64,000 nt of DNA. Origin: Amoebophrya sp. A120. Lineage: Eukaryota > Protista > Dinoflagellata. The position numbers were made by a program, and so were the translations under genes. The notes beneath the pieces are model-generated. The model saw only the letters and a list, made by a program, of their open reading frames with translations, made no database searches and was not told the DNA's origin. Of the stretch, positions 13,697 to 25,694 are shown in pieces. Position 1 is the first letter of the stretch; each line of letters begins with the position of its first letter. The stretch lies in contig CAJINV010000001.1 in NCBI GenBank assembly GCA_905178155.1, positions 9,879,865 to 9,943,864 of the forward strand, given 5' to 3'.

Positions 13697-16600
13697 TCAT
13701 CGCAGCAGATTTTCCGGATACAGAAAACACAACGCTTCTTGGAAGAGTTCCTGACTGTACCCCGGCACGAGGAATTGGTCCTCCTTCCGTATCCTCGCGT
13801 AAAAGGATTCCCGTAAAGCCGCTGCCTCCTCGTAGAGCTGCAACCTGCACGCGTGCACGTACTCCGTCGACGGCCGGATGCGAATCTGTGCATGGTCAGG
13901 GTAGCACTCCTGGCCGAGCCGCGATATGAGAATTTTGAGCCCCCGCAGCATCATCTGCGACTTGAACTTCGGGAGGTCGGGCTTCCGGTCCATGAATTTT
14001 TTCAGAAAGTAGCACACGTACGCACAGTACTTGTGCAGCAGCGCATGCTTCATCTGCGGCGCCAGCCCCGCCTGGTGGCAGACTTCCTCGATCACGCCCC
14101 GGATCGGGAAGATGAGCGGGACGAGGTCGACATTGGCCAAGTATTCGCCTTCTTCGTCGTCCTCCGGCTGGTTCATGATGAAGTTGAGGAAAATCCTCAA
14201 ATGCGACTCCTCCATCAACGTCACGATTAGCTCCGTTAGATTTTCCAGGGAGGATTTTACCTCATCCAAGAACAGCCGGTGCAACCGGTCTAACCGCGCG
14301 GTCTTGTAGTCGAGTAACCGGATGTCCTTCCGCATCAGTTCGTGAATGGCGTAGACGAACTGGCCCAACGTGTACCCATTGGGGACGAATTTCGCCTCGT
14401 ACATCTTCCGAAATTCCGGCACCACTACGTCCGCAATCTCCAACGCGGCAACCTCAAACGCTAGTGGGAACATCTCCAGCGAAGGCGCGGTTTCCGCGAC
14501 GGAAAACAGCATCGCCACGGCCTCGTACACCGCCATCTCGAAGTCGGTCGCGACCTTTTGCCAGGAGATCGATTTGTTGATGTACTCCCGGCCGTTGTTC
14601 AGATACTGCGCCACCCGGCCGACCTGGTGGTACAGGTACCGCGCCCGCGGGGTGACGCACCGGACCGCCATTTCGGGGAAGTGCTCGGTGGAAAACAGGT
14701 GCGCAATGTCGCGTCGGATCCAGCTGACGGCGCCCGCGACGCTGCAGGCTTGGCCGGCCTCGAAGAGGAGTTCGGTCAGGTCTGCGACCATCATCGACCG
14801 GCGCTGGGCCTGGAAACACTCCATGAAAATCTCGATGACTTGGTGGCTAATGTGAAACAGGCTGTCGACCAGCTGCTGCCGTTGTTGCAGCGGAAAGTGA
14901 CCCGGCTTCTCGGACACCATGAAGTGACAGAAGTCGCACAGGAGCAGCAGGTAGTCCTCGCAGTATTCCAGCACGTGCTGGTGGTCGAAGTGGTGAACCG
15001 AGTACGAAATCGCCTGCTCCATACCCGGGGCGCTCATACCTGAGTGTAGTTTTGTTGTAATTTTAGGCACGAAAAAGGACGTCCGACGCAGCAGAGAAGC
15101 GAACCCAGTGCCTACTCTAGCAGTCTGTGATTTTGGAATTTGCAAGAACAAAAACTATGGAAACAACAACCAAAACAAACCGAAAAACCTTTTTCCCCGA
15201 CAGCAGGCGCCGCGTCCACGAATTGTTCTGCCTTCGTCGCGAGTTCCGCGGTCGCCTGCACGACCTGTCGCGCCAACAGCTGCACGATCGGCGCGTGCAT
15301 CCCCGCAATGGGCGGGCTTTTCCGCCACGTGAGCAAAAACCAGCGAAACAACGCCTCGGTGCTCGGTGGAAGCTCGAATTGGCGCTTGAAGTCCTTCGGT
15401 TTCTGCTGGTTGTTGAACCGTTTCACGATTTGCCGACTGAAGTACCCCCCGAGCGCGATGGCTTTGGAGAGTTTCAGATCCTCTAATATCCGTGCCACGA
15501 GCGACAAGACGTAGTAAAACGTGATCTTCAAGCCCCGTGACCGCGAGTCCGGATCCCGCATTTCCTGACACCGTTCCAAAATTCCGCTCATCACGGTGAC
15601 GTACGCGGCCTGGATGTGCCCCACGATCAGTTCCTCGATGTCTAACAGGTCCCGAAAATCGTCCGCGGACACTTCCAGCTCGAACACGCCGAACGTTTGG
15701 TAGACGTAGAGAATGATCGTCCCCAGCGACGTGCCGAAGTCCAGCAAATCGCGAAAGTGCAAGATCGCGCCCACCCCCTGCACGAGTTGGATATCCTCCC
15801 GTCCCTTCGGCGCCTTGCGCGTCCCCGCGTCCTCGTATGCCATGATCGGCACCAAATCGCGGAGCATCATTTCCGCCAGTTTGGACACCACCTCCTCCTT
15901 GATTAATTCCGGGGGTGCCGCCGGCATGATCACTTCCCGGTCCTTCACGCCGATCATCTCCAAAATTTTCCGGGCCTGGTCGTTCCGTCGCCGCCCTGCG
16001 TCGGGGTGGAACTGCCGCAACGGGTTGGTCAGATTCCCGTCGCGGAGCTTCAACAAAAACTCCTTGCGCATGTCCGCCGCGTGGTGGTCCGGCCCGTGGT
16101 CCGACTTGAAAAAGTGCCCCCGGTGGCCCTTGACGTCGTCCAGGTCGAACTCGATCAGCTTTTTCTTCTTGATCACGGCTTCCTTCTTCGCCGAGCCGTC
16201 CTGCTTGAAGCCCTGGATCTTCTTCATAATGGGGTCCCCGTCGTAGCGCGCGTCGATCACCTCGTCCCAAGCGGGTTCTTGCCCGTCCCAAAACTGGTCC
16301 ACATTCTTGTTACTCCGTCTCTTAATCGCGATCACCGCGGCTTCCACCGCATTACTGTAGCGATCCGCCAGTTCGAACTGATGGTCTTCAAAATCCTCCT
16401 GCTCGCGGATCATCAAAAAGTCCTCCTTGTCGTCAAAAAAGAGGAACGATGTGTGCTGTTGGCTGCTGCCTTTGCTTTTTCTCCGCCGGTCCTTTGCGTG
16501 ATCCTTCAGTTTGCTCTTCCTCTTCCCCTTCCCACGCACCATCGCGGCCAGGTCCTTTTTCACCACATCGGAGTAGTAGAGGAACGGGTTTGGCGCTGTT

Positions 16601-17278
16601 GTGTCTTTTTTACTCGGCGAACTTTTCTTTCTCTTCTTTTTATCCATAGAAGTGGGCGTGGTGGTCTTCTCAGTAGAAGACTTTCGTTTTTTCTCCCGCC
16701 GAGAAGGTGTGCTTTTCAATTCTGTCGAAGATTTTCGCTTCTTCGACTTTTTGCTTTTTTTCTTGGACGGCGAATCATCATCAGAATCACCGAATTTCCT
16801 TACTTCCTTCGCCATGGCGTCGGATATCACATGCAGCAAGCCGAACGATGTTCCCTCTATCACAGCCTCCAAGGTTTTACTTGTCGTTCGCTTCGATGTT
16901 GAAGCCCGTTTTTGTAGTTCTTCCCGCGCTGGACTACTTGGCAGCGCCTTGATCTTCTGGGACGATTCACTTCGCTCTTTTTTTGGTTTTCTCTTTGCTT
17001 TTGGTGATGGCTCCTCAGGTATCCGGAGGAATCCGTGGTCATTTTCGACGGTTGCAACTTTCAAAATGGGTTTTGGTGCGACACGCCCGATCCTACCGGG
17101 TTTGGAGGAAGATTCGGATTTCGTCCAATTGAAGAAAGAGTCTGGCTCTGGGTAACCAAAAGCGGATGGCCGGGGCACGGTCCCCTGCTCGGTTGGCCGC
17201 ATGTCGCTCGCCCCACTCTTCGCTTCCTCGCTATCATCGCTGTCATCAGCATCACTGTCATCATCATCATCATCATCA

Positions 17279-17310
<32 letters not shown>

Positions 17311-20117
17311 ATCATCGTCGTCCTTGGCCCCACCGCCACCAGCTGCGCCGCTCTTGTCCGTGCTACTTTCGGTCGTAGCATCGTCGTCATCATCACTGCT
17401 GGTGGTGTCGCCACCGCCGATCGCGGACGACGTGATGCCGGGGCCAACGTTCGAAGGGACTGCGCCGGGCGCCGCGATCATCGGCTCGGTCGGGCGAATT
17501 TCGCTCTCGCCGTCCCTGGCGGACACGCCGGAGACGCCGGACGCGACGCCCCGCGGTGGTTGCGCGATCATGGGTTCCGTGGGACGGATTTCGCTGCCGC
17601 CGCTCAGGTCCGAGGCAATCACGCTACTGCCGCCTGATCCGGAGACGTCGGAATCGTCGTCCTGGCCCGACACGCCGGACGCCCCTGACACGCCGGATGC
17701 TCCCGAAACTTCGGACGCTCCCGACACGCCGGACGCCCCCGATACCCCGGACTGCTCATCGCTTTGCCCCGACACGCCGCTTTGATCTGCGGCACTCTCA
17801 TTCGCCCCGCTCACGCCGGACTGGTCTTCGTCCACGCCGCTGACGTCTTTCTCGTCGGAGGCCTCCTCCGTCGAGGCAGCGGACGACGAGGCGGCCTCGG
17901 TCTCCCCACTCTCGGTGACGCCCGACGCGGAGATGGTGGACCGCTTTTTTTTCTTGGATCTCCCCGTGCCGGTGCCACGCTTCCGGCCGTACTCGTCCAG
18001 ATCCACCTCCAGGCCCTCGCGGTACACCTTTTTCTTCGCGTCGAACTCGATTCCCTTGTAGAAAATGCGGTCGTCGACGCCGCAGAGGAACCCGGTGGGG
18101 AACTCGGACACCTTTTCCATGCCGCGGCAGTACATCTGGAACTCGGACAGCTTTTTGTAAAAGTAGTCCTCGAATATTTGGAAAATTTTCTTTTCGAATC
18201 CGTTGAACAGACCCCAAAAGTAGTCCTCAAGAAGCGCTTTGTCGTCTATCATCCGCAGCTTGTCCTGCTTACTGATTCGCCACAGCCGCTGGTTGTCGTA
18301 GTAGGCGTTGGTCAGGATCGCGTCCGGGGGATATCCGTAATTCGCGTTCGTCGGCTTGTCGATCCGCGGCCGAAACCGCTCGTCGACAATGTCGTACGCT
18401 GCGCGGGTCAAATTCTCCTTGGTTGCGAACACGCCCGCGTCCGCCCGCTCCTCGCAGGCCCACTTGACCGCTCCGGCGACAACGCCAGGCCCGGTCTGAA
18501 TAAACTGCTCCAGCCCGTCGTTGTGCGGCCCGAGACCAAACGTTCGCCCCTGTGCGTACGCGGAGGCGCGGAGTCGATCGTTGCCAATACTGGACCGTGG
18601 CTCTCGTCCGCTCTTGGCCCGCTTCGGCACCGGCGTGTCGAAGGCCGTGGCCACGAAATTAGACACGTCGAAATGGAGCAGGAAGCGGAAGTTCGGATCT
18701 TGCCCCAAGCACACCGCTCGGACCAGAACGATGAAGGACTGCAGCATGAAATCGAGCGCGAGACAGGTGGACACATCGATCTGCGTTAACAGCAAATCTA
18801 GCAAATGCGTCACGCGGAGCGGGTCCCTGCCCGGCGCGCCGGGACTCATCGGCTTCATCTTGTGCTTGCGATACGCAGCTAGGACCCGCGCCATAATCAA
18901 CGGATCCGTCACGGTTCTGGCAAGCACCAACGCTACCCGTGCGGTCGCTTCCTTGAACTCCAGAACTAGTTTTTCCACGTGGATCAACGTCTTCTGGCGC
19001 GAGTCGTGTCCCTCATTCCCCTGCAAATGCGCCTGCAACAAATCTGCCACAAACGCGGTCCACACCGGCTGCAGCGTGGCGAAGTGGTCAAGAGAGTAGC
19101 CGTCGTTCTTCCTTTCCAGGAAAAAATCTTTCTTCAGTTCCATGCACACCAGCACCGTGGAACGCAGCACGGGGCGGCGCAGAGACACGAAGCGCATGGT
19201 CTTCTCAAACGCGAACAACATTTCGACGCAAATGCCGATTTGCTCCTCCAGCAGGTCCAGCTCCTCGTCGCCGAACCGCAGCCGCTCATCGTGGTAGTAA
19301 TTCCGGGTGTGCAGAATGACATCCTCGCGAAAGGCCGTGAACGCGCCCCCGAGAAACCCGGCCGCGTCCTCAAAAAAGTTTGCGTACAGTACCGCGTCCG
19401 TCTCCTCGTGAATCTCTTGAATCTGCCCGGGTTTCGTCAAGGAACCCTCCCCGATGTCGCGCAACCGGGAGTCCAACCGATCCTCCAGGTACTTTGCAAA
19501 CAGCGTCAAGATATACAGCTCGTTCCCGAGCTTGCCGACCAGCCGCCGCTGCGTCTTCCCGGTGATGTCGGGCTCGATTGCAACTGTTGATAATGATGTT
19601 TTCTTTCTTGAATATAAGTTTAGATATTCATGGGGCCAATTTTCAAGGTCTCTTATTTCATCCCCACCAAAAATAACAGCACAATAGAATACTCCGTCCT
19701 TGTGCTGACGCGTTTCACAATTACTACTTAGTTAAGACTGCTCAAAAAGACCACTATACGTCTGTTTTTCTCCCATGCCTTGTGAAGCCCGTACAACCTT
19801 CCCGTCCCCAATTGGTGCAAGTGTCGAGCGGCTTCCAGTAAGTCGATGAACAAGGGGTTTTGCACCACCTTGTCCACGAATATTTTCAGGATCGTGTGGT
19901 ACAGAAACCGCGCAAACTCCAGCCCGAGCTGAAAATGGTGCACCTCCCGTCGGCGCGTGTGTATGACTTTCCGAACTTGTACGAGGAAGGGATGGAAGTG
20001 GTTGACACGCTGGCGGTCCCGGCCTTTTACAAAGGACTCTTTGAATGCAAACGCCAGCCCTTTCACCGCCGTGTGAAAGCGGCTTGTTTTCTCTGAAAAG
20101 ATCAAGCGCTCGTCCAT
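13697..20117 (-). CDS. Very large (~2100 aa) hypothetical helical protein with central Ser/Asp/Lys-rich linker
   Basis: ORFs 19728-20117, 15112-19509 and 13697-15151; GT-AG intron ~15041-15189 joins the last two in frame; GC3-rich codon usage. Confidence 0.65.
17240..17830 (-). repeat. Coding repeats: poly-Asp (GAT/GAC)n, (SGVSGA)n and three RPTE-containing motifs
   Basis: tcatcatcatc tracts at 17260-17320; repeated gacacgccggacgc units at 17665-17750. Confidence 0.8.
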
Positions 20118-20650
20118 CTTGCCTTCGGTTACGGTTAGGAGGCGATGAGATACTGGATTCTTAAAATCACTAAGCCCTGTTGTACGCGGGCACGCTACTG
20201 CAGTGGCAACGTCGAAAAAAGATCATGACTTCACCAAGCGGAAGCGGTTTTGCTTTTGACTTTGATGACACTCGCAAGAAAACGAAAATAACAAACCTGC
20301 ATCGAAAAAACGAAAGCAGAAAAAGCACTCCAGAATGTCTGCTGATTGCCTCAGAAAGCCTTCTCTCCACTTCAAAATGTCGCTCAACAACGTGGTGAAA
20401 ACGAAAATGCAAATTGTACGATTGCAAATTGTCGTTGAACAACGGAGAGCAAGCAGCTCCGTGCGACTCTGGTGCCATTCATCTCTGTTCTGCATTCACA
20501 CTCATATGCTCGTGTCGCTTGCTGTCGCTGTTCGTTTCAAATCACATCGGTTTTTGGGCCAGGAGCTGGCACGCAAGGAAAAAGAAGCAATCTCCTTTTT
20601 CCATTCGATTCAAAGTTGCGCTGGAGCCTGGTATTTCAGAGCTCCCAGGC

Positions 20651-22711
20651 TTACTTTTTATTCTGCGCCTCCCGATATCGCTTCAATTTGAAGCGATCCT
20701 CTCCATCTTCATCCTCAGTATCGGAATTGAGGCAACCAGCCTGCCGCCGTTCTTCGTGCCTGGCCTCTTTCTCTTTTGCTTGTTTCGCCTGGTGCTCTTC
20801 CAAAATGTTCACGATTTCGCCATGCCCTTGTCTGCGCGCGACCTGGGAAATTCATGTATTTTCCAACATTTTCCGAATCAAAACACTCATCTCCTTTTTA
20901 TGGGTCCGGCAAAGCTACAGTATTTGATCATCTTGTTGTAAAAACAGTGCGCAAACTTTCTCTTAGCGAAATTTACAGAAGAACAATTAGGCAAGTACGT
21001 CCATGGGACTGATTCCAGGTGGCATCTTTTCGTCCATTGGATTCATATTCGCAGTCTCTTGCTGCCGCGCCCGGGCCTCCGCTGTGCGCTGATCTCCGTC
21101 GCCACCACCAAACATTTTACTTGACAGCTTGGACCCCTTCGAACCGCCTCTGCTCTTGGCGTCCTTCAACCGGTGCGCAAGCACGAGGAAGTCCTTGTTC
21201 TTCGGGTCGTCCGCGAGTATCGCTTTCGCATCTTTCATAGCCTCTGCCTCTTCACCCAGAATCTCATTTGCCAAAGCTCGCCGGTAAATCGCTTTTTGAT
21301 TTGTTGGTTCGGACTCCAGCAGTTCATTACACGTTGTGACGGCGCTGGTCGCAAAAAACAAGCAGGGTGGAGACTTCGCAACCACGCCAAGTGGCCCGCC
21401 TTCGGCCAGCTTCAAGTCAGCCAGGGCCATGTTTGATAGACACGCGCGGTACAATTTCTGGAACTCTTCCGATCCAGCAGAGCCACTAGCGCCTGTGACA
21501 GAAAAATGAGAGACACGCGTGACTTTGTGCTGAACATGTTTTTTATCACGAACATCCACGTACTACTACTCAAGAACCAGCAAAAAATGATTGGTGCAAA
21601 ACAGGCACAGGAAATCTCGATCTTTACACCTACTCGCGTCTACTCTCAGGATAGTACCGGTGACATTTACTTCTTGACGCACGAGTCTTGCCGTCTGCTC
21701 GAAGATCCGTCTTGCCAACAGTATCCTTGGGATTGGTTTCTCCTGCAACAGTTTTGCACCGATGTCCTTTCTGGCAGGTGCCAGCGTCTTCCAATCTCGA
21801 GCAAGATTCGGAGCGGAGACTGTGTCTAGCGCCACCGCGAAATAGGGTGCCTCCTTCATCGCTTTCTCGAGGTCGTAGTGCTGCTCTCCGTACGCGTTCT
21901 TGCGAAAAAGCGGGCAGAGCGCAAGGGGAGCGGTTAGATACGATCTCTCGCCCTCCCTCATAGAGGCAACTGCCAATTCCACCAAATCCGGCATGCTTCC
22001 GTCGCCAAGCGTGACTTCTTTGAATTCTGTCCAGGGCGAATTTATGCTTGTCCGCACCCGCACACTGACCACTGCCCCATCGGGTGTCTGGTTATTCAAT
22101 CTCGACTTTGGTGGTTTTGCAACAAATTTTTCTAGCCCGTTCGCACCCGGGCTAAGCACCGCCGGGACCGACTCAACTGGCTGCTTCGCTGTAATACTCT
22201 CGAGAGAAACCTGTCAGAAGGGAGTTAAACTGAAAAGAAGCTAACGTGGCACTCAGGAAGGCCGTGTGAGGTAGAGAAAACGCACTGCGTTATTGGTTGT
22301 GCACATCACAACCATGAAGAGAGCACTCAATACCACGACAGCTTCTGAGTCGGCTGGTCCGCCATTGTTTCCGCCACTTGTCGTCGCGCAATTACTGGTG
22401 ACGCGAAACTCCTCCCCGATTGCGCAGGTCTGAAGGTAGGCCGAAAACTTTTCACCGATTCCACATGTCCCGTCCTCTTTCACTTGAAAGCACGTTGCTA
22501 TACTACTCGGAAGCTCACACGCTGCATCATCAGCAGTGAAAGCGAGCGACGTCGCGATTTTGTGCGTCGACAGTGCGTATTCGTAGTACGCAGTTGGTAT
22601 AGCGGAGTTGGGTTGATATAACTTCAAGACCACCGTGCCAGCGGCTTGCGGCTTCTCCCAACCCTCTCCAGAGAAGACCGTCTCAAACTTAATGTCGTCG
22701 GCAGATGACAT
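20651..22711 (-). CDS. FKBP-type PPIase-like/TPR cochaperone (FKBP62/ROF1-like) with C-terminal ankyrin-like motif, 4 exons
   Basis: GEGWEKPQAAGTV (FKBP-like); TPRs LSNMALADLKL and NQKAIYRRALA; spliced tail ISPMD|VARRQGHGEIVNILEEH; GT-AG introns. Confidence 0.75.
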
Positions 22712-23203
22712 GATGGTAGGGTTGGAAGATTAGGCTTATCCAGAGTCGATAAATCAAAATCAATGCCAAAAAAGTAGCCAAAACAATAGGTAAATCTCTT
22801 CACGAAAAATTGAAATTGATGTGAAACGGGAATTCCTGAATGAGATCCACAAGAACCAAAAACAGGAAAGTTAAAGTCTCCACTCACGAGGCTGGCCTTC
22901 GTCAACACAGGTCCGGAGCAATTCTTTATTCTCTCGTGATAGATACTTCCACAGCAAAGAACGGATCATCTGCAAGAAAGTGATCCCTCGAAACCAAAAG
23001 CTGATTTGTGATCTGCAACCGGTCTTTCGATCGAACACAACAGCATAGGTCAATGCGGCACCAGAAAACCACTCGGCATTCGCGTGGGAGCGACGCTCTC
23101 CTTTCTTTTGTGGTTAGTGACTCTCCTCAGTGACTTCTAAAGAGGTGTTTTCAAAAACAGCATGAGTCCTTCAACACGACAGGTGTCCACTCATTCGTTG
23201 CCC

Positions 23204-24064
23204 TTAGAAGAGACGGAACTGCTTGCGGGCGGCACCGAAGATCACGTTGGCCTCGCACTTCAGGACGTTGAACTTGACCTGTTTTGTAGTTTTGAAGCAA
23301 AGTTTGCGAAAAAATCCGGAGTGTGAAGGCGATTTTTGTTGTTTGGCTGAAACTACGAATGTACAGTTGTTGGATGTCCCACTCGGAACAACCCTGAGCA
23401 AGTGTCATTTCAACCGATGCGCATGGTCAAACTGGAACATCACACGTGCACGTGCCATGAGACAGAGACAAGCCCTAACCATCGGTCACAACAATCTAAA
23501 TAAAAGGCAAACGAAATTATACCGTCTTAGACAACGGACGGCACTGGCCGGCGGTGATGACGTCACCCTCCTTCACGTCGAAGGCCGGGGAGCAGTGCAC
23601 CGGGATGTTGGTGTGGCGCTTCTCGAAACGGTTGAACTTCTTGATGTAGTGCAAGTACGTTCGGCGCATCACGATCGTGTTCTTCATCTTGTTAGCGGAG
23701 ATGCACATACCCTTAAGCACGCGACCACGGATGGAAACATTGCCGGTGAACGGGCACTTCTTGTCGACGTAGCGGCCCTCCTTGGCCTCCTTCGGGGTCT
23801 GGAAGGACAGACCCACGTTCTTCCAGTAGCGAACCTGCAGAGAGTTTTTCAGGGTTGACGATCTTTAGCTTATGATTTTAGGAGCGAAATCAAAATTTTT
23901 GCGGTCCACTATGCGGTAAACCTAAAAAAGCGGCGATCAGAACGCAGCAGAAGCCAAAAATTATCCCTCACCACTTTGCCGGCCTTCTTTCCGGTGGTGG
24001 TACGCTTGGCGCCGATGAAGACGGCATCCTGCTTCTGGAAGGCCTTTTCGTGTTGGTCAGCCAT
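23204..24064 (-). CDS. RPS11: 40S ribosomal protein S11 (uS17); exons 24064-23972, 23834-23523, 23278-23204
   Basis: [12 protein letters not shown]...[17 protein letters not shown]...[16 protein letters not shown]; GT-AG introns. Confidence 0.97.
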
Positions 24065-25694
24065 TTTGAATTAGACTGCTGGTCACTGAGTTACTAACCT
24101 CAAACCGTTCCCTGGAAGAAAAAGTTGACAATCAAGTAGAGTTCAGGTCTCTATTGAGTCGTTTAAGGGCGCTTGGCTCGATATAGAGGACATCACGAAG
24201 AGATCAGCCTTACAGCTTGCGCGGCCGCATTTAGGATCTTTAGATTATCACACGGAACAAATCTCGATTGGGATCGGAATTGATTTTTTTGGGGATCAAC
24301 AGTCACCTCTGTGTATCTATCACGGAATTTAGATTTTCACACAAGATCGCTTCTTTTAACATTTAGATTTTCACAGCAATCTCTCCTGTAGATCTTCTAC
24401 GTCTTTCTTCTTGATCTTACGTGCATGGCAAATCGGCTGCCTACCCGGGATCGCTTCAGGAGCGTTTTTGAAATCGGTGACGATCTTTAGAAAGATGCGC
24501 TGGGATCTTTCTTTCAATTGATTTCAATCACGATTCCATCAACATGCAGTACACAGTATACAACCGAAGCGGATTGCTACGCTGTGTAGAACGACAGCCG
24601 CTCATTGCGTTCGAGTGCAGACCCTCATCGATTTCACGTAGTTTCAAGACAGTTCAGCAGTCTCGGCCTAGCGCTCGCGCTCACCGGTGGAAAAACAGAA
24701 ATTGAAAATTCATGTGAGGTTGTGAGGTTTTTGTTCCTTTTTGTCGCCATTGATAGAGGAAGTTCCGCCCTTAAAATTTGCGTGTTGGCTCTTGGAAGTA
24801 GGTGCTCCAGCGTTCAGTGATGTCAGAAAGAACTCATTGCTCTACCTGATGTGGCTAGTGATAACGAATAGCCGCAGGCTCGTGCTCCGTGTGGAAGATT
24901 TTGAAAAGCCAATGCGTTCGGCGGAAATGCAATTTCCACGAACTACAGGCGAACTTTCTTCTGCCACTCCCCGCGGATACATATCTTCGGTCGCGGACAA
25001 AACGCAGCGAGATGCAGATCCATTCGTGGCTGCAATTTCGTTCTTCCAGCAATGGATTTAGATTGTTCCTGGCGGCACGAAGATGGCGTCGACTGTTTTT
25101 TTCTCCCGCCGTGGTTCTTTCTATGCACGCCAGAGCTTGAGAAGACGCGACTACTTCTACGTCGGGCCGCTCTCCAGCGATCTCCTCAGTTCACTAGCGT
25201 CTCAGCGACTACATGTAAGTAGCTGTTATCAAGAGAAACAAACCCGGCCGGTAGGCGTGTTGTTTCAAAGGAAGAAGAAATTTTTGACACACATTCTGTA
25301 CAGGCGATGTTGCCGATTCCCGGATTCGATCAAGTACTCAGTCGTATTTATGGTTGTTCTTTGTTCCCCGATTTGACTATTCCCCTGCTTCGCATGCTCT
25401 CGATGAAGTCACTTCCTTTATTCCCGGATGAAAAGAGCTACTGCTTGAGCACAGTGACGCTGCTCTGCACACGCATGCTTTGCTGCTCGTCCCTAGTGCG
25501 TCACTATCTTCACACGTGCGTTTGCGATCTGCAACGTTCAGACGTGCGACAGGACCAGAATTCTGGACACGATAGGATCCATTTCGTCATCAAAACCTGT
25601 TGTTCTTCTAAACAGCACTTGTTGACCTGCTGCTGCGCACCTTCTCCTTTGCCGTCGCTTTCTTACTCGCACCAACCGCGGCGCTTTCAAAAAT

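Noticed and set aside
24600-25690. Possible small gene between RPS11 and the sterol gene
   Set aside because: Only short ORFs without motifs or a consistent exon chain
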